From an uncultured bacterium (lineage in GTDB: Bacteria > CAYUVA01): a DNA stretch of 64,000 nt. Below the pieces are notes generated by a model. The model did not search any database. It was not told where the DNA came from and was given only the letters and a program-made list of their open reading frames with translations. Location of the stretch: positions 1-64,000 of the forward strand of contig CAYUVA010000005.1 of the NCBI GenBank assembly GCA_964448115.1, in the 5' to 3' direction. The position numbers and the translations under genes were made by a program. Positions within the stretch are counted from its first letter, which is position 1; every line of letters starts with the position of its first letter. Below, in pieces: positions 18,703-28,264 of this stretch.

Positions 18703-19527
18703 TTATCCGAAAAATACAGAGCGTCGTTTCTTGAGTATCTCCACTATGCGATTCTGGATGATCTGGCGGATCTCCTCGGCGATGGTCTGGATTAGGTAAT
18801 CATCATCGACCGCCGAAGGGTCGAAGTTATCGAAGCGTACCGGATTCTCGAAGTGGATAAACCACTTGGATGGCATAGGTATCAATCCGAGAGGTCCCAG
18901 CCAGGGGAATGTAGTCGTAATCGGCAGATAAGGCAGTCCGAACCACTTTGCAGGATACTTGAGGTTATATATTATCGAGTAGGCTTCCTCGGCGCCGACC
19001 ACAGCGACCGGTATGATAGGCACCTTGGCTTGTATTGCCATGCGCACGAAGCCCCCCCTGCCGAAGCGCTGGAGCACATATCGCTTGGATCTCTCCTTGC
19101 CTATACCTTTGACGCCCTCGGGGAAGACGAGCACCGGCTCACCTTTTTTAAGCAGCCATACGGTGTTCTCAGGACAAGCGAGAACCTGACCGGTGCGCGA
19201 AAAGAAGACATTCAAGAAAGGAATCTTATAGACGAACTTCTCCACCAGCACGCGAAGGTTGCGCTTGTTGGGGGTCTGCTTATACACCGCCAGCTTTATC
19301 ATAACCGCATCGATCGGTATTACACCGGAGTGATTGGCGACCAACAGCACTCCGCCATTGGAGGGGACATTCTCGATGCCGCTGGTCTCGACACGCCAGT
19401 AATACTTGTAAATCAAATCGAAGATCGGCGCGTACTTATCCAGCGCCTGTCGATCGCAGCCGAACTCATCATATTCAGGCTCTTTAATCGTTTTATCGAG
19501 TTCTTTCTTTCTGGTGGGAGTTGTCAT
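18703..19527 (-). CDS. PlsC-family lysophospholipid acyltransferase
   Basis: ANHSG..PID (HxxxxD), VFPEG and PIIPV motifs. Confidence 0.9.
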   Translation of the reverse strand: MTTPTRKKELDKTIKEPEYDEFGCDRQALDKYAPIFDLIYKYYWRVETSGIENVPSNGGVLLVANHSGVIPIDAVMIKLAVYKQTPNKRNLRVLVEKFVYKIPFLNVFFSRTGQVLACPENTVWLLKKGEPVLVFPEGVKGIGKERSKRYVLQRFGRGGFVRMAIQAKVPIIPVAVVGAEEAYSIIYNLKYPAKWFGLPYLPITTTFPWLGPLGLIPMPSKWFIHFENPVRFDNFDPSAVDDDYLIQTIAEEIRQIIQNRIVEILKKRRSVFFG

Positions 19528-19538
19528 GGTGAATCAAT

Positions 19539-21464
19539 TTAGCTCACTTTGTCTCCGAGTTTCGCTTCCTTGTCCAGGGTAACCAGCACGGTATCCTTAG
19601 CGCCTCCGGCAGCCAGGAGCATTCCATTCGATGTTATGCCACCTATTTTCGCCGGCTTCAGATTGGCTACCAGCACTATCTGTTTGCCAACAAGCTCCTC
19701 TGGAGTGTAGGATTCGCCGATGCCGGCAACGATGACGCGCTGCTCATCACCCAGGCTAACCTTTATCTTAAGCAGCCGATCCTTCTTCGGCACCCTCTCA
19801 GCCTCGATGATGCGTGCGGTTCTCAAATCCAGCCTGGCGAAATCATCTATGTCTATGAGGTCTTGCCCTTGCTTTTCCTTCATCTTCTCATCCTTTTTTT
19901 CATCTTTAATGGTAATTGTTTCCTTGCTTTTTTTATCTATGCGTGGAAATAGCTGCTCAAGTTGGTTGATCCTGCCCCCTCTAGGCGTAAGCCCCCATTT
20001 CCCGTCATAGAGCTGCTCTTCAGCCTTATCTTCAATGCCGAGCGCATGGTAGATCCTCTGGGCTGCCACCGGCATATAGGGGGATATAAACAATGCCACA
20101 TGGCGCAGTGCTTCCAGGAGATTATAAAGAATGGTATCTACCCGATCCTGCTGCTTGTTCTTCATCTTCTCCCAGGGCTTTTGCGTCTGTATGTACTTGT
20201 TTACCCTGGAAATGTAATCCCAGATCTCCTTAAGGGCGGTGTCGAACCTAAGCTCCTCTATATGCTCAAAAAGGCGCGGAATCATCTCGGTCGGCGGCTG
20301 GATCAGCTCCTCATCAGCACCATCATACCCCCTAGGCTCTTTGATTACCCCGTCGTTGTACTTGGAGACCATAGCCAGTGTGCGATTGAGCGCATTTCCG
20401 AGATCATTTGCCAGGTCGGCATTTATCCGCTCTATCATCTTGCCCTCGGTATAATCCCCATCGAATCCGAAGGGAACCTCCCTGAGCAGGAAATATCGCA
20501 CCTGATCGATCCCGAAGCGCTCTATAAGCGGAATGGGTCGCAAAAAGTTCCCTGCCGACTTGGACATCTTCTGTCCATCGACCGTCCACCATCCGTGGGC
20601 GAAGACCAGCTTGGGGGGTGCAATGCCGAGCGATATCAAAAGAGCCGGCCAGTAAACCGCGTGGAATCTAAGTATATCCTTGCCAATTACATGCACTGCA
20701 TGTTGCCAGAACTTCTCGAATCTATCCTTATTATCGATATATCCAATGCCGGAAAGGTAGTTTATCAGCGCATCGATCCAGACATATATGACATGGTGTT
20801 CATTGCCCGGCACTGGCACACCCCAGGTTATGGATGTGCGGGTTACGCTAAGATCGCGCAGACCACTATTTATGAAGCTGATCACCTCGTTTTTTCTAAT
20901 CTCCGGCAGCACAGCCCTTGGATTGCGCTGGTAGTGTTCAAGCAGCTTATCCTCGAAATTGGAGAGCCTGAAGAAGAAGCTCTCCTCTTTTAGTGGTATC
21001 AATTTATGTCCCGATGGACACAGATTTGCTCTGATCTGCGACTGGGGCACGAAGTCCTCGCATGTGGTGCAGTACATCCCCTCGTATTGGTCCAGGTAAA
21101 TGTTTCCGTTCTCGATGCCCCGGGCGAATAGCTCCCTAACCACATCCTCATGTCGCTTCTGGGTGGTGCGGATGAAGTCATCGTTTGTGATAAGACAAGC
21201 TTTCCAAAGCTCCTTGAAGTGCTCGACCATGATATCACAGTGCTCCAATGGAGTTCGTCCGTGAAGCTCGGCTGCCTGTTGCACCTTCTGTCCATGTTCA
21301 TCGGTGCCGGTTAGAAAGAAGACCTCCCTGCCGCAAAGGCGCATGAACCTGGCAGCCACATCGCAGGCTATGGTCGTATAGGCATTGCCGATATGAGGGA
21401 TATCGTTTACATAGTATATTGGCGTGGTTATGTAATAAGGCGTGTCATCCGCTATCAGTCTCAT
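19539..21464 (-). CDS. metG: Methionine--tRNA ligase with C-terminal tRNA-binding domain
   Basis: ITTPIYYVN..PHIGN, GTDEHGQK, YVWIDAL, KMSKS and C-terminal ANLKP..SNGML. Confidence 0.97.
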   Translation of the reverse strand: MRLIADDTPYYITTPIYYVNDIPHIGNAYTTIACDVAARFMRLCGREVFFLTGTDEHGQKVQQAAELHGRTPLEHCDIMVEHFKELWKACLITNDDFIRTTQKRHEDVVRELFARGIENGNIYLDQYEGMYCTTCEDFVPQSQIRANLCPSGHKLIPLKEESFFFRLSNFEDKLLEHYQRNPRAVLPEIRKNEVISFINSGLRDLSVTRTSITWGVPVPGNEHHVIYVWIDALINYLSGIGYIDNKDRFEKFWQHAVHVIGKDILRFHAVYWPALLISLGIAPPKLVFAHGWWTVDGQKMSKSAGNFLRPIPLIERFGIDQVRYFLLREVPFGFDGDYTEGKMIERINADLANDLGNALNRTLAMVSKYNDGVIKEPRGYDGADEELIQPPTEMIPRLFEHIEELRFDTALKEIWDYISRVNKYIQTQKPWEKMKNKQQDRVDTILYNLLEALRHVALFISPYMPVAAQRIYHALGIEDKAEEQLYDGKWGLTPRGGRINQLEQLFPRIDKKSKETITIKDEKKDEKMKEKQGQDLIDIDDFARLDLRTARIIEAERVPKKDRLLKIKVSLGDEQRVIVAGIGESYTPEELVGKQIVLVANLKPAKIGGITSNGMLLAAGGAKDTVLVTLDKEAKLGDKVS

Positions 21465-22299
21465 TGTTTACCTTCTCCTCTATTTTCTCTGTCCTTGCGT
21501 ACTCGATGGTGATCTCCCTGGGATCTAACTCGATCGTATTGCCATCAGAAAGCTCGACCACGATAGTTTCCTTGAGCAGGTTCAAGCCGGTTACCTTTCC
21601 ATATCCCCTGCTCGTCTTTACCTGCTTGCCTATTCGGGGCAGTTGTTTACGGGTCTGCATATAATAGTCATACTCATAGGTCAAGCAACACATGAGCCTC
21701 CCGCAGATGCCTGATATCTTTGATGGAATAAGACTGAGTTCCTGGTCTTTAGCCATGCGGATCGAAACCGGCTCGAAGTCATGCAAAAAATTGCAGCAGC
21801 AAAGCTCCCTCCCGCAGGGTGCGAAGCCACCGAGCAGCTTGGCTCTATCTCGCACCCCGATCTGACGCATCTCGATACGGGTCTTGAACTTAAACGCCAG
21901 GTCTTTTACCAGCTCTCTAAAGTCGATCCTTCCGTCAGCCGTAAAATAAAAGATCAGTTTGCTACGACTGAATGTATAGTTTGTCAGCACCAGGTTCATA
22001 GGCAGATTGCGTGCTTTTATTCGCTCCTTGCAATGCTGGTGCGCTATCTTTTCGTCCTCGAGCAGTTGTTTTAATGCTTCCACATCCTCCGGGCTTCGTT
22101 TCTCGATAATCTTGTTCAACTGTTTTATCGTTTTTTGGTTATTACCCTTGTATTCAAGGGGATCGTGCAATGCAATGCAAAGCTCGTCCCCCCGCTGCCA
22201 TTCCACCAGGCAGTAATCCCCTTTTGAAAGCTCTATGTTGTTGGTATTGGCTGTTATTATGCGATGATTACGAATAAATTTCAGTTGTATATACCTCAT
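21445..22299 (-). CDS. ricT: PSP1/YaaT (RicT) family Fe-S protein
   Basis: FYFTADGRIDFRELVKDL, CGRELCC and SGICGRLMCCL motifs. Confidence 0.92.
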   Translation of the reverse strand: MRYIQLKFIRNHRIITANTNNIELSKGDYCLVEWQRGDELCIALHDPLEYKGNNQKTIKQLNKIIEKRSPEDVEALKQLLEDEKIAHQHCKERIKARNLPMNLVLTNYTFSRSKLIFYFTADGRIDFRELVKDLAFKFKTRIEMRQIGVRDRAKLLGGFAPCGRELCCCNFLHDFEPVSIRMAKDQELSLIPSKISGICGRLMCCLTYEYDYYMQTRKQLPRIGKQVKTSRGYGKVTGLNLLKETIVVELSDGNTIELDPREITIEYARTEKIEEKVNNETDSG

Positions 22300-22304
22300 G
22301 GCTG

Positions 22305-22943
22305 TTAAAGCTTCAGGTAAGGTTTGACTATATCCAAAATGCTCTTGAAGGTCTTGTCAACCGAATCAGAGGTGTTTACTACATATATTTTATAATCGAG
22401 CCTCTTTGCCAGCTCCCAATAACCACGCTGTACTCGCTCATGGAATGTATGATCCTCCATCTCGAAGCGATCCTTTATAAAACCTTTAAACTCCCTGTCT
22501 TTTTCATTTCGGGTCGCTCGTCTAAGCCCCTCCTCGATATCGACATCGAGCAGTATCGTGATATCCGGCAGCAGATCGATATTCATTAGCTCGCATAGGC
22601 GCCTTATCGTATCGATGGGTATGCCTCTGCCATACCCCTGGTAGGCATAAGTGGAGTAGATAAATCGATCCGAGATGACCACCTTACCGGCGTTTAGCGC
22701 TGGCTTTATTACTTGTTCGATGATCTGGAGTCGGGCAGCAGTATAAAGCAAAAGCTCGGTTTCAGGGAGCATTTCAGTAAAACTGGGTGAAAGCAGCACC
22801 TGGCGCAGCATTTCACCTATCGGTGTTCCCCCCGGCTCCCTGGTAACTAGCACATCGAAATCCTTTGAGACCAGGTATTTTTCGAGCTTTTTAATATGGG
22901 TGCTCTTGCCACTCCCCTCTACACCCTCGAGGGTGATGAACAT
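22305..22943 (-). CDS. tmk: Thymidylate kinase
   Basis: FITLEGVEGSGKST, REPGG and DRF..ST.AYQG motifs. Confidence 0.96.
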   Translation of the reverse strand: MFITLEGVEGSGKSTHIKKLEKYLVSKDFDVLVTREPGGTPIGEMLRQVLLSPSFTEMLPETELLLYTAARLQIIEQVIKPALNAGKVVISDRFIYSTYAYQGYGRGIPIDTIRRLCELMNIDLLPDITILLDVDIEEGLRRATRNEKDREFKGFIKDRFEMEDHTFHERVQRGYWELAKRLDYKIYVVNTSDSVDKTFKSILDIVKPYLKL

Positions 22944-23348
22944 AACGAATATCCCTTCAGAAGGTTTGCATATTTATACTTCTACGACCACAATAATTAA
23001 CAGCAACGCAAGATCATGTCAATTAGAACCTTTACCCGCTAAAAGTAATTTAACCCCAAAAACATTCCGACAAGATAATGAAATCCTAACTTTTGTCTTG
23101 ATATGTCATAGGAAAAGGATGCACCGATGCAACCTAAGTGGTCTTTTCAACCATTCATACCAGAATAAGAACCACTCAATAAAGTCTTTTAATTCAACAG
23201 GATAAGCCATTAGTGGTTGATATCCACCACCACAGCCATTGGCACCGGTTCACTTCAACCAGAGGCAATGATGAGTAATAATTTTGCATTTAGACAAATG
23301 GTCTTTATTTTCAGTAGGTTATGGCGTTTCATGCATTAAGTCGTTATT

Positions 23349-23363
23349 TGGAACGGTACTTGC
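23349..23363 (+). promoter_or_regulatory. sigma54 (-24/-12) promoter
   Basis: TGGAACGGTACTTGC has exact GG-N10-GC spacing, about 55 bp upstream of the ATG at 23420, with an AT-rich upstream region. Confidence 0.65.
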
Positions 23364-23419
23364 TCCCTTAAGTAGCGTAAACAATGAACGATGAACTATA
23401 TAACCATAGGGAGGATAAC

Positions 23420-23935
23420 ATGACAACGAGAAAGTTCACTAGTTACTTAACGATGACTGTGCTTCTAGTCGCTGCTTTCATGGTGATGGAGCCGCTGGCT
23501 GCTAACGCAACAGTACCTGGAGATGATGGCTGGCGTGCGCTAAATTCAATCACCAGGAGTTTCTGGGCATATCCGGAGGGAGCGAGCTATCAGTTTGCCA
23601 ATCTAGCTTATATAAATTTCCCACAGGGCGCTGTATCTGAGCCTATCGAGTTCACCGTAGTTGCAACCCGTTACCTTATTGATGTTAAAGAGTACGCCTT
23701 GGTTTTCGACTTCTCACCTGACTATGAGTTTGGCGTACCGATAACCCTGGGCTTGAGCAACAGGATACTTGGATATAAGCCGGGTGATGAGGTCATCTTT
23801 CTGTACTACGATGATGAAACCGACGAGTGGATCGAGCTATATCAAGGCATCTACGATGGCAAGACCCACTGGGTGATCTTCGAGATCGACCATTTCTCCA
23901 CCTACGCCTTCATCAAGCCGAAGCTGACTCCCTAA
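23420..23935 (+). CDS. Secreted hypothetical protein, ZU5-like beta domain with C-terminal HFS motif
   Basis: GGAGG RBS before ATG 23420; signal peptide ending ANA; FPQGAV...DFSPDYEF..PITL...YYDDETDEW...IDHFSTYA. Confidence 0.65.
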   Translation: MTTRKFTSYLTMTVLLVAAFMVMEPLAANATVPGDDGWRALNSITRSFWAYPEGASYQFANLAYINFPQGAVSEPIEFTVVATRYLIDVKEYALVFDFSPDYEFGVPITLGLSNRILGYKPGDEVIFLYYDDETDEWIELYQGIYDGKTHWVIFEIDHFSTYAFIKPKLTP

Positions 23936-24018
23936 AAGCGCGACAGACCATCATACCTCGAGGGGCGATGAGATTTAGATAGCGTCGTCCAAACAACCTA
24001 ACCTACAACCATCCAGCC

Positions 24019-24053
24019 GAAGGGGCGGGGATACAAATCCCCGCCCTTTCTTT
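24019..24053 (+). terminator. Intrinsic terminator
   Basis: GAAGGGGCGGGGAT-ACAA-ATCCCCGCCCTTTC followed by TTT. Confidence 0.75.
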
Positions 24054-24112
24054 GCCTCTCTCTCCTCTACCACTCTATCACTTATTTTATCCCCAAGTGC
24101 CATAGAGATTCC

Positions 24113-24140
24113 TTGACATTTGAAGATGTTGTGATAATTT
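24113..24140 (+). promoter_or_regulatory. sigma70-type promoter
   Basis: TTGACA-N16-TAATTT with an extended -10 TG. Confidence 0.5.
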
Positions 24141-24193
24141 AACTTCGGTAAAAATTGACTTATTAACAGCATAACAACGAATGCGAGGTAAAA

Positions 24194-27127
24194 ATGACAC
24201 GGTTGGCTAGGATATTTTTTGCGCTTTCGATCGTTGTATTCCTGGCAGGTATTGGCGCTGCCATAATGGCGACTGCACCACGGGCTACAGCGACTGTTGG
24301 AACCGGAGAGATGACTGAAACCGAGAGCCCCAGGGCTTCTTTACCCAAGGATGAACCATGCGTAGCCAAAGAAGACAAGGATGAGATCTTCAAGCTGCTC
24401 GAAGAGCTGAAAAAGAACATCGAGGAAAATGGAGTTCAACCTTATATAGAAGAAAAATTTGGCAAGGAGAAGATAAGGGAAGGATACTATATGCTAGTAG
24501 AGGTAGAGAAGGAGCCGGAAAAGGAAATCAAGGACTTCGTCAAGCTGCCTCAAACATTGCGCAAGGTAGGTGATGATGTTATAGCTGATGTTTATATCGT
24601 AACCAATTCGCCGATCGGTTTGCTGCGCGGCTGGGAGGTTACCCTGCAAAAGAAGTACAACAAGTGGCATATCAGCGATGTAACAGAAACCTTCACCTAC
24701 AATAAGTTCTACAAGATAAGCGACCTGACATGGAATAACTACACCTTCAAGAATCTAAAGATCGAGAAGGATTCCATAGTCATAGAGATCCCGGAAGGGA
24801 ACTGGATAGTGGGTAGTGCGTCAGATCTGAAGCCCCATGTTGTCATTTTGGGAAAAGGAACCGTGGAGTTCTTCCCCGCCAACGAGATTGAACGCAATCA
24901 GCTCAAACGATATACCGAGGAGACCAGCTTCAAACAGGATATAGAGGAGCTTGTCCTCTCCTTCCATCCGGATGAATATAAGAATATCACCGCCACCTTG
25001 GAGCTTACCGAGAAAGCGGATGAGATTCGCGAGAAGAAGGCAAAGGATATCTTCGATAAGAGATTTGCTGCTTATAATGATCTTCTGGGATTTTCGTTTA
25101 AGGCTCCACCTGATGAAAAGGATAAATGGCGCTTTATTCCCCACGAAGAGGAATTCATCGCCGATTTCAAGACCGAGAAATTCGACTGGGTTACTTATGT
25201 ATTCATCCCGGATGATAATGTCCTGGTCGAGGAGGTTCTCCTGGGACGCTTCAAGAACATACCCTTGACTGAGTTCCGCAGATTCGAGGTCTGGTGCTTA
25301 TTCAACAAGAAGGAGCAACGAGAAAACCTGACCATGCGCGAGCTGGAAAGGGAAAACAAAGATATGCTCGACTTCGAGCATATAAATGCGGATGTTACCG
25401 TTACCAAAGCACCAGAATTCAAGCTGATCGCAAGGTCGGAGATCACCTGGAAGAGCTTGAGGGATAATCTGCAGAAGCCTGAATTCAGCATGAATAGAAA
25501 GCTCAAGGTCAATTATGTTAAGGATCGCAACGACAAGGAGCTTTATTACGTTGACCAGGGCTACACCAAGATAATTATCCTTCCCCAACCAATGGGTAAA
25601 TATCAAAAGGCTGTCTTCAAGTGGTCCCTGGAGGGGGATGTTATCATGCAGCTCAGAGCCGGTCTTTTTATGATGACCTACGGCTGGCTTCCTGATTACG
25701 GATATTTACAGGATCAAAGCATCGACCTGACGGTCAGGGTTCCAGAGCCTAAAATTGCCTGTGCCATCGGGAAACCGGTCGCCGAATGGCAAGAGGAGGG
25801 GTTCAACTGTACCCGATGGGTCGAGGAGCAAAAGGTGATGCTTCCTGGCTTCATGTTCGCTGAATATGTCAAGGAAACCTTTACCTCAGAAAGGGTCCCC
25901 GGCAAGACCATGATGGGTTACTTCACCAAGAAGCCCTTGGTCTTCTACTGGGATGTTACCGACCTGTTCGATGTCGAGTGGGGCGGTTGGACAGAGGAGG
26001 ACTACATCCAGGATTACATTCGCCGCATGGAAGGCAATATCATAGAAATAGACACCGCTATCGGCTGGAGCAGGTTCAAAGCAGAGGTAGAGAATGTGCT
26101 AGCGCTTTATTCAAAGCTATTCGGCGAGTATCCCTTTGATAAGCTAGCGGTAGTGCAGATGCCGATAGAAGCCGGCTACGGTCAAGGGCTTCCCTCTATG
26201 CTTATCCTTGCTGGTTTTGCATTCCTTAGCCCCGGCACCATGCAGAAGTTCGGTTGGGATACCATGATGACCTTCGTGCCAGGATTCATTGCCCACGAGA
26301 CCTCACACCAGTGGTGGGGGCACAAGGTGCCCTGGTACAGCTATCACGATCAATGGCTCAGCGAGGCATTTGCCCAGATATCCTCAGCCTTGTATGTACA
26401 ATCTCGTTTCTGCAAGAAAGGCAACGAGGAATATGCCAGCCTGATCGATAGGTGGGCTTATCAGGCAAAGAAATACGACGAGAAGGGTCCTATCTGGCTG
26501 GGCGGCTTCAGGCTTGGTTATGAGAACTACTACTATCTCACCTACGAGAAGGGTCCTTGGCTTCTGCACATGATCCGGATGATGGCTGGCGATGATGCCC
26601 TGATCGCCATATTACGCAACTTTGTCAGGGTCTGCGATCCCGGTCCGGGAAAGAATTTCTGGATACCCGCGACTTCTTTAGATTTCGTGGATATTGTCGA
26701 AAGAACACTCGGTGAACAGAACATGAAGAACCTGTTCAATGGAAAGACCGACATGGATTGGTATTTCGATCAGTGGCTCTTCGACACTGGCATCCCAAGC
26801 TATGAGCTTGCTTACCAGATAGGCGATGATAAGAAGTCGGTAAAGGTGCGCATCAGGCAGACCGGCGATAAGCTCTTCCAGATGCCAGTACCGATATTCT
26901 TCCACTTTAAAAAGCCAGTCAAAGTTACCGAAATGGTCATGGGAGATGACTGCGTTCCCAAAGAGAAGGTGGTTAAAAGGTATTACGAGGTCAGAAGGGT
27001 TTGGGTCGATGACAAGGAGGAGATCTTCGAGTTCAGCTTCGACAGGAAGCTAAAGAAGGCTACCCTGGATGACTTTGATAATGTGCTTTGCGATAAAAAG
27101 GACCTCGGCGAGGTAAAAGAACTGTAA
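24194..27127 (+). CDS. Exported M1-family (gluzincin) metallopeptidase
   Basis: Signal/anchor helix; HETSH-X18-E (HETSHQWWG...WLSEAFA); TYEKG. Confidence 0.88.
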   Translation: MTRLARIFFALSIVVFLAGIGAAIMATAPRATATVGTGEMTETESPRASLPKDEPCVAKEDKDEIFKLLEELKKNIEENGVQPYIEEKFGKEKIREGYYMLVEVEKEPEKEIKDFVKLPQTLRKVGDDVIADVYIVTNSPIGLLRGWEVTLQKKYNKWHISDVTETFTYNKFYKISDLTWNNYTFKNLKIEKDSIVIEIPEGNWIVGSASDLKPHVVILGKGTVEFFPANEIERNQLKRYTEETSFKQDIEELVLSFHPDEYKNITATLELTEKADEIREKKAKDIFDKRFAAYNDLLGFSFKAPPDEKDKWRFIPHEEEFIADFKTEKFDWVTYVFIPDDNVLVEEVLLGRFKNIPLTEFRRFEVWCLFNKKEQRENLTMRELERENKDMLDFEHINADVTVTKAPEFKLIARSEITWKSLRDNLQKPEFSMNRKLKVNYVKDRNDKELYYVDQGYTKIIILPQPMGKYQKAVFKWSLEGDVIMQLRAGLFMMTYGWLPDYGYLQDQSIDLTVRVPEPKIACAIGKPVAEWQEEGFNCTRWVEEQKVMLPGFMFAEYVKETFTSERVPGKTMMGYFTKKPLVFYWDVTDLFDVEWGGWTEEDYIQDYIRRMEGNIIEIDTAIGWSRFKAEVENVLALYSKLFGEYPFDKLAVVQMPIEAGYGQGLPSMLILAGFAFLSPGTMQKFGWDTMMTFVPGFIAHETSHQWWGHKVPWYSYHDQWLSEAFAQISSALYVQSRFCKKGNEEYASLIDRWAYQAKKYDEKGPIWLGGFRLGYENYYYLTYEKGPWLLHMIRMMAGDDALIAILRNFVRVCDPGPGKNFWIPATSLDFVDIVERTLGEQNMKNLFNGKTDMDWYFDQWLFDTGIPSYELAYQIGDDKKSVKVRIRQTGDKLFQMPVPIFFHFKKPVKVTEMVMGDDCVPKEKVVKRYYEVRRVWVDDKEEIFEFSFDRKLKKATLDDFDNVLCDKKDLGEVKEL

Positions 27128-27139
27128 TAAGCGGTTAGC

Positions 27140-27171
27140 AAATCCCCGGCTGATCATAGCCGGGGGTTTTT
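27140..27171 (+). terminator. Intrinsic terminator
   Basis: CCCCGGCT-GATCAT-AGCCGGGG followed by GTTTTT. Confidence 0.8.
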
Positions 27172-27216
27172 ATGAAATATGGATAATAGAATAATTCTAT
27201 GACTTGGGAGAAGCTA

Positions 27217-28128
27217 ATGAAGACAAAAGATGTTGTTGCTATCTTGAGCATTATTCTGCTTATGGCTGGTATCTGCTGGTCATTGGAGGAGAAGCTGGAT
27301 AATCCTTTGGACTGGATCAACTTCGCCAGTCCGCCGAAGTTCGCTTTGGACTATGATCAGGTAATCTATTACCTCAAGGCTACCGAGAGCAAGACCTTCG
27401 TCCAATTCGCCATGTTCATAGAGCCTGACACCCTCGCCTTTAGAGATGTCGATGGCAATAAAGTTTATGACCTGGTGGTGGCATACAAGGTATTCGATGA
27501 TCAGGGAATGGTTGTCCAGGAGAATCTTGAAAAAAGAGAGCTGAGTTATACTAAAAAACAATTCAAGAAACTAAAGGGAGAGAAGATAAAGCTGTGCTTC
27601 GGATTCCCCATCGAACCAGGCGAATACATCCTCAGAACCGCGATTAAAAGCTACCTGAGCAAGGATCAGGCAGCAAAAGAATCAAAGCTGAATGTCCCCG
27701 CCTTCGATGATAAGAGCCTTTGCATGAGCCCTGTTATTCTTGCCGAGGAGCTTGAGAAGGTCTCCTCCAAGTCAGAGGATGACCCGTTCATCAAGGGAAA
27801 CTACCATATCGTTCCTCGAATCGGCAATAAGTATAAACTTGGCGATACACTCAAGCTCTTCTATGAGATCTATAACCTGACCCCGAACCCAGAGACCAAA
27901 AAGTATGATTTCTATGTCGAGTACAGCTATTGGGTTGGGAGAGTGAATAAATGGACAAAGAATAAGCTCAAGATACAAGGCGATAAGCCTACCCAGATAT
28001 ACGAGGTCGAACTCGAAGAATCTCCCCTTTTTAAGCCTGACAAGTACAAGCTCAAGATCGAGGTTACCGACCAGATGGCAAATGATGCCAAGATAGAGCA
28101 GATAGTGGAGTTCGAGATCGTACAATAG
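27217..28128 (+). CDS. Exported hypothetical protein with two Ig-like domains resembling the C-terminal part of GWxTD-type proteins
   Basis: Signal peptide; PGEYILR, SPVILAE...DPF...VP...LFYEIYNL and YKLKIEVTD patterns; no GWxTD motif. Start ATG 27217 or 27199. Confidence 0.6.
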   Translation: MKTKDVVAILSIILLMAGICWSLEEKLDNPLDWINFASPPKFALDYDQVIYYLKATESKTFVQFAMFIEPDTLAFRDVDGNKVYDLVVAYKVFDDQGMVVQENLEKRELSYTKKQFKKLKGEKIKLCFGFPIEPGEYILRTAIKSYLSKDQAAKESKLNVPAFDDKSLCMSPVILAEELEKVSSKSEDDPFIKGNYHIVPRIGNKYKLGDTLKLFYEIYNLTPNPETKKYDFYVEYSYWVGRVNKWTKNKLKIQGDKPTQIYEVELEESPLFKPDKYKLKIEVTDQMANDAKIEQIVEFEIVQ

Positions 28129-28140
28129 TCGCATGGTATA

Positions 28141-28170
28141 TTGACAAAAGAAGCTCTCGAACTATATTAT
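28141..28170 (+). promoter_or_regulatory. sigma70-type promoter of the tRNA
   Basis: TTGACA followed by TATATT/TATTAT at 16-18 bp spacing, about 10 bp before the tRNA. Confidence 0.65.
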
Positions 28171-28180
28171 ATATGTGAAT

Positions 28181-28253
<73 letters not shown>

Positions 28254-28264
28254 TGGCAGCTCGC

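Noticed and set aside
18853-19542. 229-aa plus-strand ORF
   Set aside because: Antisense shadow of the acyltransferase gene.
19962-20993. 343-aa plus-strand ORF
   Set aside because: It lies entirely antisense to metG and has no recognisable motif, so it is a shadow ORF.
22900-23205. 101-aa ORF upstream of tmk
   Set aside because: It overlaps the tmk start and the AT-rich divergent promoter region and has no motif.
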